In this document: piece after piece, positions 29,852 through 38,736 of the stretch
How positions within the stretch are numbered: position 1 is the stretch's first letter
How the letters are laid out: each line of letters opens with the position of its first letter
Origin: Desulfurococcales archaeon
Lineage (GTDB): Archaea > Thermoproteota > Thermoprotei_A > Sulfolobales > Desulfurococcaceae
Direction: 5' to 3'
Length of the DNA stretch: 64,000 nt
Assembly: GCA_027022365.1 (NCBI GenBank)
Contig: JALVYU010000030.1
Location: 29,140 to 93,139, forward strand
Translations under genes and position numbers: made by a program
The notes under the pieces: model-generated
Told to the model about the DNA's origin: nothing
Database searches by the model: none
The model's input: the letters and a program-made list of their open reading frames with translations, nothing else

Positions 29852-30780
29852 TGGCTGTCATGATGAGGGAGAAAGAAGGAATGGTCGAGATAAGGTGCCC
29901 ATATTGTGGAGCCGAGTACAGGGTGCCCAGGGGATCAGTTTATGCCACATGCCCCTACTGCGGGACAACCGTGAAGATAAGCGAGCAGAGAGTCGAGGAG
30001 AAACACTATGTGTTCCGCCTAATGATAGACAAGAACAGGGCCTACAAAGACATAGTCGAGTATGCTGAACAACAGTGGAACAGTGTCCGCGGACTGGTTG
30101 AGAAGGCTTCAATGAATAAGGCGGTTCTCCACTATCTCCCACTATATATTATAAGGATAAATATCAGGGTGGAGGCCGAAGAGGGGAGGGAATATAAGAA
30201 GTACGTCTCAGCCCTAGCGATGAAACAACCCCCATTCCCCCTACCACCCGACTACGGGTTCCCCGTGAGGGGTAAGGACACGTTCAAGCCATCAATAATA
30301 AAGAATACGAGATACTATATGCCGGATATACCCCCATCACTGATCGTATCGAGGCTTAAGGCCGAGTACTTGGAAGAGGCCAAGGAGTTTGCCGAAGCGC
30401 TTGGCGGCGCAAATATAGTGGATGAGTCAGGCATGGAGGGCGTAGCACATTACCCGTTCTGGGAGATACACTACAGGTACAAAGACAGGATCTATAGGGG
30501 AGTAATAGACGGGGCAGACGGTACAATAGTGTATCTAGAATACCCGCTGAGCACCACAGGCAGGATAATGACACTATCCGCAGGAACAACGATCCTGCTC
30601 GGATGCACCGGGCTCGGAGCAGGGATAGGTGTCCTGGCAGCTCATCCTCTCCTGGGGGTAGCGGCTGGGCTAATAAGCGGGATCGCCGGAGCCGTGAGAT
30701 TGTTAACAGCTTCATTCTCCATAATAGGCAGATACAGATATAACCCGGCCGAGGAAGGCTACCTAGCCCCTATCCGCTGA
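29851..30780 (+). CDS. Second zinc-ribbon protein with C-terminal TMs (paralog of upstream gene)
   Basis: CPYCGA..CPYCG, YLPLY, YPFWEIHYRYKD..IDGADGTI, Gly-rich TMs. Confidence 0.75.
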   Translation: MAVMMREKEGMVEIRCPYCGAEYRVPRGSVYATCPYCGTTVKISEQRVEEKHYVFRLMIDKNRAYKDIVEYAEQQWNSVRGLVEKASMNKAVLHYLPLYIIRINIRVEAEEGREYKKYVSALAMKQPPFPLPPDYGFPVRGKDTFKPSIIKNTRYYMPDIPPSLIVSRLKAEYLEEAKEFAEALGGANIVDESGMEGVAHYPFWEIHYRYKDRIYRGVIDGADGTIVYLEYPLSTTGRIMTLSAGTTILLGCTGLGAGIGVLAAHPLLGVAAGLISGIAGAVRLLTASFSIIGRYRYNPAEEGYLAPIR

Positions 30781-30867
30781 CACACGTATAAAAACCTCTC
30801 AGTTACGTGTTTCTTTTATTAATAGGATCATCCAAAGTAATCATCCAGGCAGGAATGGTGAACGGTT

Positions 30868-32232
30868 TTGAAGCCCCGAAAAGCAGTGGTTGTCGGCCTA
30901 GATTGTGCTCCTCCCCGGATCCTATACGATGAGCTACGAGACGAGCTACCGGTTCTCGGCAAGCTTGTGGCCGAGGGCCAAAGATACCTTATGAGGACAT
31001 GTCATCCCCCAATAACTATACCCGCCTGGATGGTCATGGCCACCGGGAAGCTACCCGGCGAGCTCGGAATATATGGTTTCAGGCATAGGAGGCTTGGAAG
31101 CTACGAGGACATGTACATCGCTAACTCCCGGCTGATCCGTGAGGAACCGATATGGAAAGCCCTGGGGAGAAAAGGGCTGAACAGCATAGTCGTGGGAGTA
31201 CCTCCCAGCTACCCGCCCCGCCCGATTAGAGGCTACTTGATAAGCGACTTCATAACACCCGATCCCAGTAAGCCCTATACATGGCCCCCAACGCTGAAGA
31301 GAGAAATAGAGGCGAGATACGGCCCATATATATTCGACGTCCTGTACAGGACGGAGGACAGGGACAGGGTCAAGAAAGAACTCTGGGATATGACGACACA
31401 GCATTTCCGGGTCCTCGAATACTTGGTCACCCGTAAGAAATGGGATTTCTTATGGTTCGTAGAGATAGGCACGGATAGAGTACACCACGCTTTCTGGAAG
31501 TACTGGGATAAACAACACCCCAAGCACGAGCCAGGGAATAAGTACGAGGAAGTCATACCAGAATACTATAAGCTGGTCGATAAACTGTTGGGCCCGCTCC
31601 TCGAGAAAATACCGCGTGATACTCTAGTATTCATAGTGTCGGATCACGGGGCCAAAGCGATGAAGGGAGCATATGCGATAAACCAGTGGTTGATCGAGAA
31701 CGAGTACTTGGTGCTCAAGAAAAAGCCGGAGAAGCCAGGCGAAGACCTCAAGCCCAACACGATAGACTGGGAGAAAACCAGGGTATGGGCATGGGGAGGC
31801 TACTACAGCCGGTTCTTCATAAACATCAGGGGGAGAGAGCCCCGCGGAACAGTTGACCCGGAGGATGTCCCGGGCCTCATAGAGGAGCTGAAGAAAGGCC
31901 TCTCAAAACTAGGTGGGCCAGCGGGCAAGAAATGGGATAATAAAGCATATACCCCAGCAGAAATATATCCGGAGGTAAAGGGTGATCCCCCGGATCTCAT
32001 GGTGTACCTCGACGACCTCTCCTGGAGACCTGTAGGGACGATCGGTTGGCCTAGTCCGTATCTTGAGGAGAACGACAAGGGCCCCGACGACGCAATGCAT
32101 GACTGGATAGGTGTCTTCACCATATATGATCCTGAGGGAACCATTGAGGCTGGCGATAATGGCGTGATAAACATTCATGAAATAAGAGGCGTTATCGAGA
32201 ACATGATCCTGGGAGACAATGCTAGAACCTGA
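30868..32232 (+). CDS. Alkaline phosphatase superfamily protein (type I phosphodiesterase/nucleotide pyrophosphatase-like)
   Basis: VVGLDCA, PPITIPAW..MATGK.PG, GTDRVHH, VSDHG, DAMHD metal-ligand motifs. Confidence 0.88.
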   Translation: MKPRKAVVVGLDCAPPRILYDELRDELPVLGKLVAEGQRYLMRTCHPPITIPAWMVMATGKLPGELGIYGFRHRRLGSYEDMYIANSRLIREEPIWKALGRKGLNSIVVGVPPSYPPRPIRGYLISDFITPDPSKPYTWPPTLKREIEARYGPYIFDVLYRTEDRDRVKKELWDMTTQHFRVLEYLVTRKKWDFLWFVEIGTDRVHHAFWKYWDKQHPKHEPGNKYEEVIPEYYKLVDKLLGPLLEKIPRDTLVFIVSDHGAKAMKGAYAINQWLIENEYLVLKKKPEKPGEDLKPNTIDWEKTRVWAWGGYYSRFFINIRGREPRGTVDPEDVPGLIEELKKGLSKLGGPAGKKWDNKAYTPAEIYPEVKGDPPDLMVYLDDLSWRPVGTIGWPSPYLEENDKGPDDAMHDWIGVFTIYDPEGTIEAGDNGVINIHEIRGVIENMILGDNART

Positions 32233-32518
32233 TACCTATGCTTCTCAGAAGCCTCCTAACCCTCCTCAACTCCTCCAATACCTCGGCCCCCTTCGGTGTG
32301 AGATCGTAGAAAACCCTGTCGTCCTCAATGATCTTCTTTACAAGGCCCTGCTCCTCGAGATGCTCCAGCATATTCTTCAGCCTATCATATGGTAGGCGGG
32401 CACCGTACATTATTCTCGTCGGGCTTGTCGGGCCCTCCTCAGCTATAGTGTTAAGTATATCGTAGACTATGCCAGCCTGGCTCCTATACCTGGAGAGAGT
32501 CTTCGTCCTCCTCGTCAT
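32222..32518 (-). CDS. Archaeal winged-helix transcriptional regulator
   Basis: RS...IVYDIL..PTRIMYGARL.YD.LK..L..L...GL..YDLTPKG pattern. Confidence 0.85.
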   Translation of the reverse strand: MTRRTKTLSRYRSQAGIVYDILNTIAEEGPTSPTRIMYGARLPYDRLKNMLEHLEEQGLVKKIIEDDRVFYDLTPKGAEVLEELRRVRRLLRSIGIRF

Positions 32519-33198
32519 CCCAGCATCACCCTCGCGAGAACTATCAAGAGCGCTATGGGCCTCAGCACCTCGCCCGCAAGGAACAATAGAGGTGTACCAA
32601 CAGATTCTCCGGCAAGCCTTAGTATATGACTTGCCAGGAAGACTATGTAAGGCCCTACACTACCACCGCCTTTTCTCGCCAATATGATAATGCCTATCAA
32701 AAGACCCGCACTAACTAGATCAGAGGCCATGCCGACCATCAGGCCGGGAGCTACTATGAGACCGGGGAGTTTCTCTCCGCTCCCCTGCTCAAACCTGACG
32801 TATTCGCCCGAAAGTCCCAGCAGGATGACAGCGTAGGATATCGGGAAAAATACACTTGCCAACAATACTAGATTCCACGAAACCCCGAACCTGTCGCCTG
32901 GCCATGGACTATGACGCCACCCCCCAAGGTGATGCCACTCCATATGCCTTGGCTCCTCCTGTAGCTGGAGAACAGGATTTACCGGGTAGAGAAGAGCTAT
33001 TAGCGCGGCAGCGAAACCTAGAACCAGAGCTACACACATTACCGCGTAGCCTATTCCTAGCCTGAACAACCCCTTGTCCTTGATCTTCCTGGCAATCCCC
33101 ATTGCTTTAACTGCAATGATTAATGATATTGCAGCACTAATGATCTCTAATAGGGCCAGCATAGTGAAGACAGCGTAGTATCCTATATGTCCGTCCAC
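32515..33198 (-). CDS. Multi-pass membrane protein with His-rich loop
   Basis: About 6 TMs; loop RHMEWHHLGGWRHSPW; stop overlaps wHTH start. Confidence 0.75.
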   Translation of the reverse strand: MDGHIGYYAVFTMLALLEIISAAISLIIAVKAMGIARKIKDKGLFRLGIGYAVMCVALVLGFAAALIALLYPVNPVLQLQEEPRHMEWHHLGGWRHSPWPGDRFGVSWNLVLLASVFFPISYAVILLGLSGEYVRFEQGSGEKLPGLIVAPGLMVGMASDLVSAGLLIGIIILARKGGGSVGPYIVFLASHILRLAGESVGTPLLFLAGEVLRPIALLIVLARVMLG

Positions 33199-33263
33199 GC
33201 CTCAACACCATTCTCCTTGATCATTATACTTCCTTATCCCTAATTACTATTGGTTTAAACTAG

Positions 33264-33285
33264 ACGATTTGTACATACAAATCGT
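33264..33285. promoter_or_regulatory. Perfect 10-bp inverted repeat, putative operator
   Basis: ACGATTTGTA-ca-TACAAATCGT next to TATA-like TTTAAA in a divergent promoter. Confidence 0.65.
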
Positions 33286-33341
33286 GTACACATAGGTTGA
33301 AACCATGTTAAAACCTATTCTAAGGAAGGATATTTGCAGAG

Positions 33342-33860
33342 GTGAAGGGCATGAAGGCCGTATCAATGCTCGCGGGGATATTGATTGGACTAGCCATAGC
33401 GGGAGTAGCTGTTCCAGTAACCTATGGAGTCATAACACATAGTTGGGCGCAGAACACGGCACACACAATGAACGGGTGTGAAGACTGTGCATCGCATCAC
33501 GAATACATGGCTAAGCACTCCGAGTATGTCCATAGCGGTTGCAACGGCAACTGTGATCGTGATAGAGATCGAGATTACCTAAGGAATGCTACTGTTGTGA
33601 CCGGGACTATAGTATCAGTAGACCCGGATAACGGCACTCTAGTACTAGATACTGGTGACAAGACCATAGACATAATTGTACATGGCAAATGGAGTGACGG
33701 TGAAAACGTATTAAACTATAGTGATCTATTATCCAAGCTAACAACGGGAACAACTGCAAACATAACAATCATTATTACCTGTCACGGAGACATACATGCG
33801 ATCAAGATAATAGTTGATAATCAAGAATACTATATGGTAAGAGGGCATACATACCACTAG
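33342..33860 (+). CDS. Secreted/anchored His-Cys-rich protein with OB-fold-like C-terminus
   Basis: Signal anchor; CEDCASHHEYMAKHSEYVHSGCNGNCDRDRDRD; beta-rich VTGTIVSVD domain. Confidence 0.75.
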   Translation: MKGMKAVSMLAGILIGLAIAGVAVPVTYGVITHSWAQNTAHTMNGCEDCASHHEYMAKHSEYVHSGCNGNCDRDRDRDYLRNATVVTGTIVSVDPDNGTLVLDTGDKTIDIIVHGKWSDGENVLNYSDLLSKLTTGTTANITIIITCHGDIHAIKIIVDNQEYYMVRGHTYH

Positions 33861-33948
33861 ATATACCTAGGCATTTCCTATATTGTCATGCTTATCAAGA
33901 AACTGTTTTTTACAAGAGAAGCCCAGATACACTACCGGTGCAGCTGTT

Positions 33949-34557
33949 TTGAAGAAGAAATACAAGATCATAGCAATGATCATTGTCGTCGGCGTAATTG
34001 TAGCTGGCATAGCATACTACTATTTATACCTATCAGGGCCTCCCCTAAAGGATCCCCTGGTCTGGAGCCTCGTCAAGAACGCGCCAAACACTATCAAGTT
34101 CTATAGCCCAGCATTCAAGAACGGGGGCTTCATCCCGAACAAGTATTGTGTCGGGGACGAGAACAAGAACCCGCCACTAGTTATTGGGGGGATACCGAAT
34201 AACACCAAGGCCCTCGTCATAGTAATGTATGATCCAGACGCACCACACGGGACATTCTATCACTGGATACTATACGACATACCTCCCACAGTACACAAGA
34301 TACCAGAGGGACTACCGAGATACCCTGTTGTTCCACCATATGGCCTGCAGGGAATCAACAGCTTCGGCCACGTAGGCTACGATGGCCCAGCTCCTCCCCC
34401 TGGGCATCTGCACCACTACTACTTCGTGGTAATGGCGCTGGATCAGCCAATAAACCTTAATGAGGGCGAGCCGGTTGAGAAAGTCCTGGATGCCTGTAAA
34501 GGCCATGTGATAGCTTACGGGTACTTCTACGGAGTATACGAGATCATGGCTGGTTAG
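33949..34557 (+). CDS. YbhB/YbcL (PEBP) family protein, membrane anchored
   Basis: SPAFKNGG.IP, DPDAP.GTFYHW, GYDGPAPP.G..HHY; start TTG 33949 inferred. Confidence 0.9.
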   Translation: MKKKYKIIAMIIVVGVIVAGIAYYYLYLSGPPLKDPLVWSLVKNAPNTIKFYSPAFKNGGFIPNKYCVGDENKNPPLVIGGIPNNTKALVIVMYDPDAPHGTFYHWILYDIPPTVHKIPEGLPRYPVVPPYGLQGINSFGHVGYDGPAPPPGHLHHYYFVVMALDQPINLNEGEPVEKVLDACKGHVIAYGYFYGVYEIMAG

Positions 34558-35183
34558 CCGCTTCTCCATAAATCATATAGTTTCTTGAGCTTCTCAACGG
34601 GTTCCCTGCCCCAGTCATAATCTATCCTGAGATCGATTATCTTATCATACAGTATGCCGTACTCGGTCTGCCCCACCACTAGTAGAGCGGCTGTCTTGTC
34701 GCCCCTCCTATCACCGCCCAAGCTGGAGCCGTGCTGGAGAGCTATGAGTAGTGAGCGCGGGAGACCATGTGTTCCGAGGTTCTCGTCGAATACCCTGCAC
34801 ATAGTCTCCGGTATATCTGGGTCTGCTACGAGGTTTGCGATGCAGACAGAGTATCTCCCGATATACCCGCCGCTGTAGAATGGTATGTTTTTACCATTAT
34901 AGTAGGCTTTACCGAGCCTCGTATCGATAGCAGCGACTTGTCTCGACTCTGGATCGGGATCTTCTCTAATAGCTCTAAAGAGGGCTTCACGAGCACTCAG
35001 ACCCTGAGAGAGAAGATTGAGGATCAATGGTCCGAGGGAGGGATTCGTATAGGCCTGAGTAGCGACTCCGCCGACACCGGCGCGGGCCCATGGAACCCTC
35101 GAGCCCACTGCCACGCTTCCACTTGCAACAGCTACGCCTACGAGTCTTCTACTAGGATCATAGGCGACAATACTATATGTCAA
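34554..35183 (-). CDS. DUF1028 family protein (Ntn-hydrolase-like)
   Basis: TYSIVAYD..GVAVAS..VGSRVPW..GVATQA, GGDRRG, DLRID. Confidence 0.9.
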   Translation of the reverse strand: MTYSIVAYDPSRRLVGVAVASGSVAVGSRVPWARAGVGGVATQAYTNPSLGPLILNLLSQGLSAREALFRAIREDPDPESRQVAAIDTRLGKAYYNGKNIPFYSGGYIGRYSVCIANLVADPDIPETMCRVFDENLGTHGLPRSLLIALQHGSSLGGDRRGDKTAALLVVGQTEYGILYDKIIDLRIDYDWGREPVEKLKKLYDLWRSG

Positions 35184-35404
35184 CTATTTCACCGATAAGA
35201 AATGGTGTCGATGGACTAATAAAAATAAGGCCTATCTCCTCCCCCATTCATCTTGTCCTCCGTGTATAGTGTGGGTATTTCAGGTTGTTTTTGTCTACCC
35301 ATATATGGAATTATCCCGATACGGTTTCTTTTCCGAGATTTAAGCGTACAGGAACACCTGCTTGTTTATTCAATAGTATCGCGTCATGATTAAAATAAAG
35401 AAAA

Positions 35405-35950
35405 TTATCCTGCTTTAAGAGTAAACAATGGCAGAGGAACACCCCAATAAGTGGTTGCTATGGTTAGCCAAATCTCGGTTAAAACTATTACCAGCGCCAA
35501 GATTTTCACTGTTCTCGATGCTCTGATACATTCTTCGTCCGCATGCATGGCCAGTACTGCTCCCGTGAAACCTGAGAACCAAGTTATCGGTATAGTGACC
35601 GCTAGATCAACGGCGACGCCATAACTTGATAGCGGGCCTGTCACGGCTATGATGGAGTAGTAGTATAGGAATATCGATGAACACGTTATCAGCGTCATAA
35701 CCGCTAATCCTATTAACCCTGCTTTACGGCCTCTCGCTGCTAGTAGCGGCCAGGCGATAAGCGCGGCGTAGAACCCGATCTTTATGTGCTCCCACACAGC
35801 CTCACTAGATGCTAGGAACGGCAGCTTTACGTGGATAAGATCGCTTATCATATGTAGAAACGAGAATAAAACGAAGAAAAGCGTGGCTAGATATAATGAG
35901 TCCTTCATGGATTTATCCATGCCTTGCTCATCCCTACCACTTACTGCCAA
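35405..35950 (-). CDS. Membrane protein (DUF6512-like)
   Basis: FLH...EAVWEHIKI motif and 5 TMs. Confidence 0.65.
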   Translation of the reverse strand: MAVSGRDEQGMDKSMKDSLYLATLFFVLFSFLHMISDLIHVKLPFLASSEAVWEHIKIGFYAALIAWPLLAARGRKAGLIGLAVMTLITCSSIFLYYYSIIAVTGPLSSYGVAVDLAVTIPITWFSGFTGAVLAMHADEECIRASRTVKILALVIVLTEIWLTIATTYWGVPLPLFTLKAG

Positions 35951-36061
35951 TATGAATACTAGGCCCTACAACTTACAATAAATTTATTGGATGCCAAGGG
36001 CTCCCGCGGGAAAAGATATAATGGTTGCAAAGTAGAAGTCAAAGAGAAGACGGTGCATACA

Positions 36062-36337
36062 ATGCTTGCCAGGATATCCCGAGAGAAGATAGTTCTCCAG
36101 GAATTCATGACCCATTGGGATGTCAGGGCCGCCCTCGAGGAGATCAACAAGATACTGTTATCCAAGGGGATGAGGCCCCAATACTTCTTTGAGGGAACCC
36201 CGGTAATGGGGCAGGGTGGATTCAGCGTGATCATAAAGCTTGATAAACCATTGACAGGCATGGATGCACGCACTATTGCAAGGCTCCTCCGAAGCAGAGG
36301 CATAAAGATAATTTTTGAGGATGAAGACCTTGCCTGA
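36062..36337 (+). CDS. Small hypothetical protein upstream of xdhC
   Basis: GGTG RBS before ATG 36062; overlaps xdhC start. Confidence 0.65.
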   Translation: MLARISREKIVLQEFMTHWDVRAALEEINKILLSKGMRPQYFFEGTPVMGQGGFSVIIKLDKPLTGMDARTIARLLRSRGIKIIFEDEDLA

Positions 36338-37163
36338 GGAGCTCAGAGTATTTGAGACGATCGTGGAGGAGCTCCGCAGGGACAACCCCGTGGTACTAGC
36401 CATGATTACGGACAAAAAAGGAAGCGGGCCACGAGATATGGGCGCTGTAATGGCGGTAACGATCGATGGGAGGAAGATAGGGAGTATTGGGGGAGGAGCC
36501 GTCGAGAAGTATATTCTCGAAGAAGCCCGCAAAGCACTCAGGGATCTCAGGACAAGGAAAAAGAAGTTCGCTCTCCGGAGAGAGAATATCCCACGGGATG
36601 CGATACCGACGAACCAGGTCTGCGGAGGAGTTGTTGAGATCATGCTCAAAGTCGTTCAGCCGCCACCCAGAATAGTGGTTGTAGGGGCGGGTAATGTCGG
36701 GAAGCCGCTGGCTGACATGGCTAATACACTTGGCTATCGCGTGGTAGTCCTAGACACTGATCCCGGGCTCGCCAACCATGAGAGATACCCTTATGCTGAG
36801 CATGTGGAGAACGGCCCCGTCGAGGAACTCGTTCTGAAGTACGCCGTTAAGCCGTGGCACTACGTCGTAATAGTTTATGGCGAGGTAGAGACGGATAGAA
36901 AGACTCTCGAAAATCTTCTCAAGAAAGGCTTCCCCGGACATATATGGCTACTCTGTAGTAGGAAAAGAGCCGAATACACCCTTAACAAGATCAGGGAGGC
37001 GGGCATAGACCCGGACAAGTACATGGACAGAATACATATGCCTGCAGGACTAGACATAGGCGCAGACACGCCCGCCGAGATAGCTGTTAGTATTTTGGCT
37101 GAAATAATAGCCGTTATGAGAGGCCGTAAACCACCCATAAGGTCTCTAAGTATTTATTCCTAG
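36321..37163 (+). CDS. xdhC: XdhC/CoxI family molybdoenzyme maturation factor
   Basis: GSGPR..GA.M, GSIGGGAVE, CGGVVEI, GAGNVG, PAGLDIGADTPAEIAVSILAEII. Confidence 0.92.
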   Translation: MKTLPEELRVFETIVEELRRDNPVVLAMITDKKGSGPRDMGAVMAVTIDGRKIGSIGGGAVEKYILEEARKALRDLRTRKKKFALRRENIPRDAIPTNQVCGGVVEIMLKVVQPPPRIVVVGAGNVGKPLADMANTLGYRVVVLDTDPGLANHERYPYAEHVENGPVEELVLKYAVKPWHYVVIVYGEVETDRKTLENLLKKGFPGHIWLLCSRKRAEYTLNKIREAGIDPDKYMDRIHMPAGLDIGADTPAEIAVSILAEIIAVMRGRKPPIRSLSIYS

Positions 37164-37556
37164 CAAACTAGGTACTCGGCCTAGAACATGATCTTCTCAT
37201 CACTCTTGCGTTTTTAAAATACAGTGGACGGCTAGAGTATAGATAGTAGGCAAAATATGAAAAACATAGTGATAGCCCCAATAACTAACCTGGTACAAAT
37301 TCTTCAAATAACAATAAATGCCCAAACCGATGTAGTCTGGAAATAATTATCAACAAGCACTCATTCATATGTATAGGCATTTCGTGACCGTTCAGCCGGT
37401 AGATCTATGAAAGCATCAAAGTAGCATGTACCGGGTACGGCTACACGATGGTCCCCTCCTTGGCTCCCGGAGCCTATCCTTAATTATTTTTTGTAGTGTA
37501 TAGGTGATATTTCGTTGTAATATGTTGAAACATGGAGCCCTGGGAGGCATTGTGGA

Positions 37557-38720
37557 TTGACTGCCGCCCTACCGCCATGGATAGTAAAGATCAGGGAGAG
37601 AACGCCATTATGGATACTGGGCTTCAGCTTCTCAATGCTGCTCAGCAACCTTAGCTATGGGATGTACCTTGTTCTATCACGTGATCTCGTAAAAACCATT
37701 CTCGGCGACAACTACGGGTTCATGACAATGCTCGTCGCTGCAGAGACCCTCCCGCTACTATTCAGTGCGCTGGGTGGCGGCCTAGCAGATGTTGTGGGGA
37801 GAAGAACAATTCTTCTGGTAAGCGTAGCAGGCGCGATCCCCTTATTCCTCATGGGTGTCACGAGCATATATTATCTCCCAGTACTGGCAGCCCTGTACAT
37901 GGCGATGTGGAGTCTCGCATGGCCATCCATAACAGGAGCTCTACTACACGCCACAGGCAGTAGCGGGAGAAGCTACGGCTTCTACATGATGTGGGCGACC
38001 ATAGGATGGGGTATCGGGGGACCATTAGGCGGTATTCTCGAGCAAGTTCTCGGCCCATCGGCCACGTTCTATTTATCAGCTATTATCTATGCACTCTCAG
38101 CCATAATACCATACTTATCATTTCCGGAACACGTAACTGGAGGGACAGCACATATACGCGAGGTCCTTGAGGGTGCTAGGCTAGCCCTATACACTTTCAT
38201 GGCCGGATCACTCGTCTTCGCGGGTCTGAACCTCTTCTTCGGCAGCTATGCATTAAGACTAAGACAGATAGCGGGGTCATCAAGCTTCTTCGGAGTAGTC
38301 TACACATTGTTACCCGCAATAATAGGCGCGGTGGCCCGGCCCCTCGTGGGAATATTATCGGACAAGATAAGGCCCGTCTATGTAGCATTTATGGGGGCAG
38401 TCATCGAGGCCGCCCTGATGGTACTCCTATACTTTGCCTGGGGATGGACGGCCATACTGATCTGGCTCGTCCCCGCGTTCCCCTTCCTAGACCAAGGATA
38501 CACGATGCTATTATCCAGAAGGCTGCCGGGGAGGCTACAGGCGCTGGCAGCCGGAATAAGGCTCACAATGTCGAGTCTCGGCGGGGCCATAGTCCTCATA
38601 ATATCCTTCACGCCGGTCGTTAAATCCCTTCTAACCATAACAATAATTAGTGAGACACTGATCATTCTATCCTGTATAATGCTTGGTTTAAGCATATATG
38701 TAAGGAAATCATATATGTAA
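37557..38720 (+). CDS. MFS transporter
   Basis: GGLADVVGRR and GILSDKIRP motif A; about 12 TMs. Confidence 0.85.
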   Translation: MTAALPPWIVKIRERTPLWILGFSFSMLLSNLSYGMYLVLSRDLVKTILGDNYGFMTMLVAAETLPLLFSALGGGLADVVGRRTILLVSVAGAIPLFLMGVTSIYYLPVLAALYMAMWSLAWPSITGALLHATGSSGRSYGFYMMWATIGWGIGGPLGGILEQVLGPSATFYLSAIIYALSAIIPYLSFPEHVTGGTAHIREVLEGARLALYTFMAGSLVFAGLNLFFGSYALRLRQIAGSSSFFGVVYTLLPAIIGAVARPLVGILSDKIRPVYVAFMGAVIEAALMVLLYFAWGWTAILIWLVPAFPFLDQGYTMLLSRRLPGRLQALAAGIRLTMSSLGGAIVLIISFTPVVKSLLTITIISETLIILSCIMLGLSIYVRKSYM

Positions 38721-38736
38721 GGGGGAGAGTAGTGCT

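Noticed and set aside
33475-33500. c-type heme-binding motif in the His/Cys-rich protein
   Set aside because: The sequence is CEDCASHH, not CxxCH.
37164-37556. Intergenic hairpins and short minus-strand hydrophobic fragments
   Set aside because: No coherent ORF or complete C/D box set; possibly a decayed gene but not supportable.
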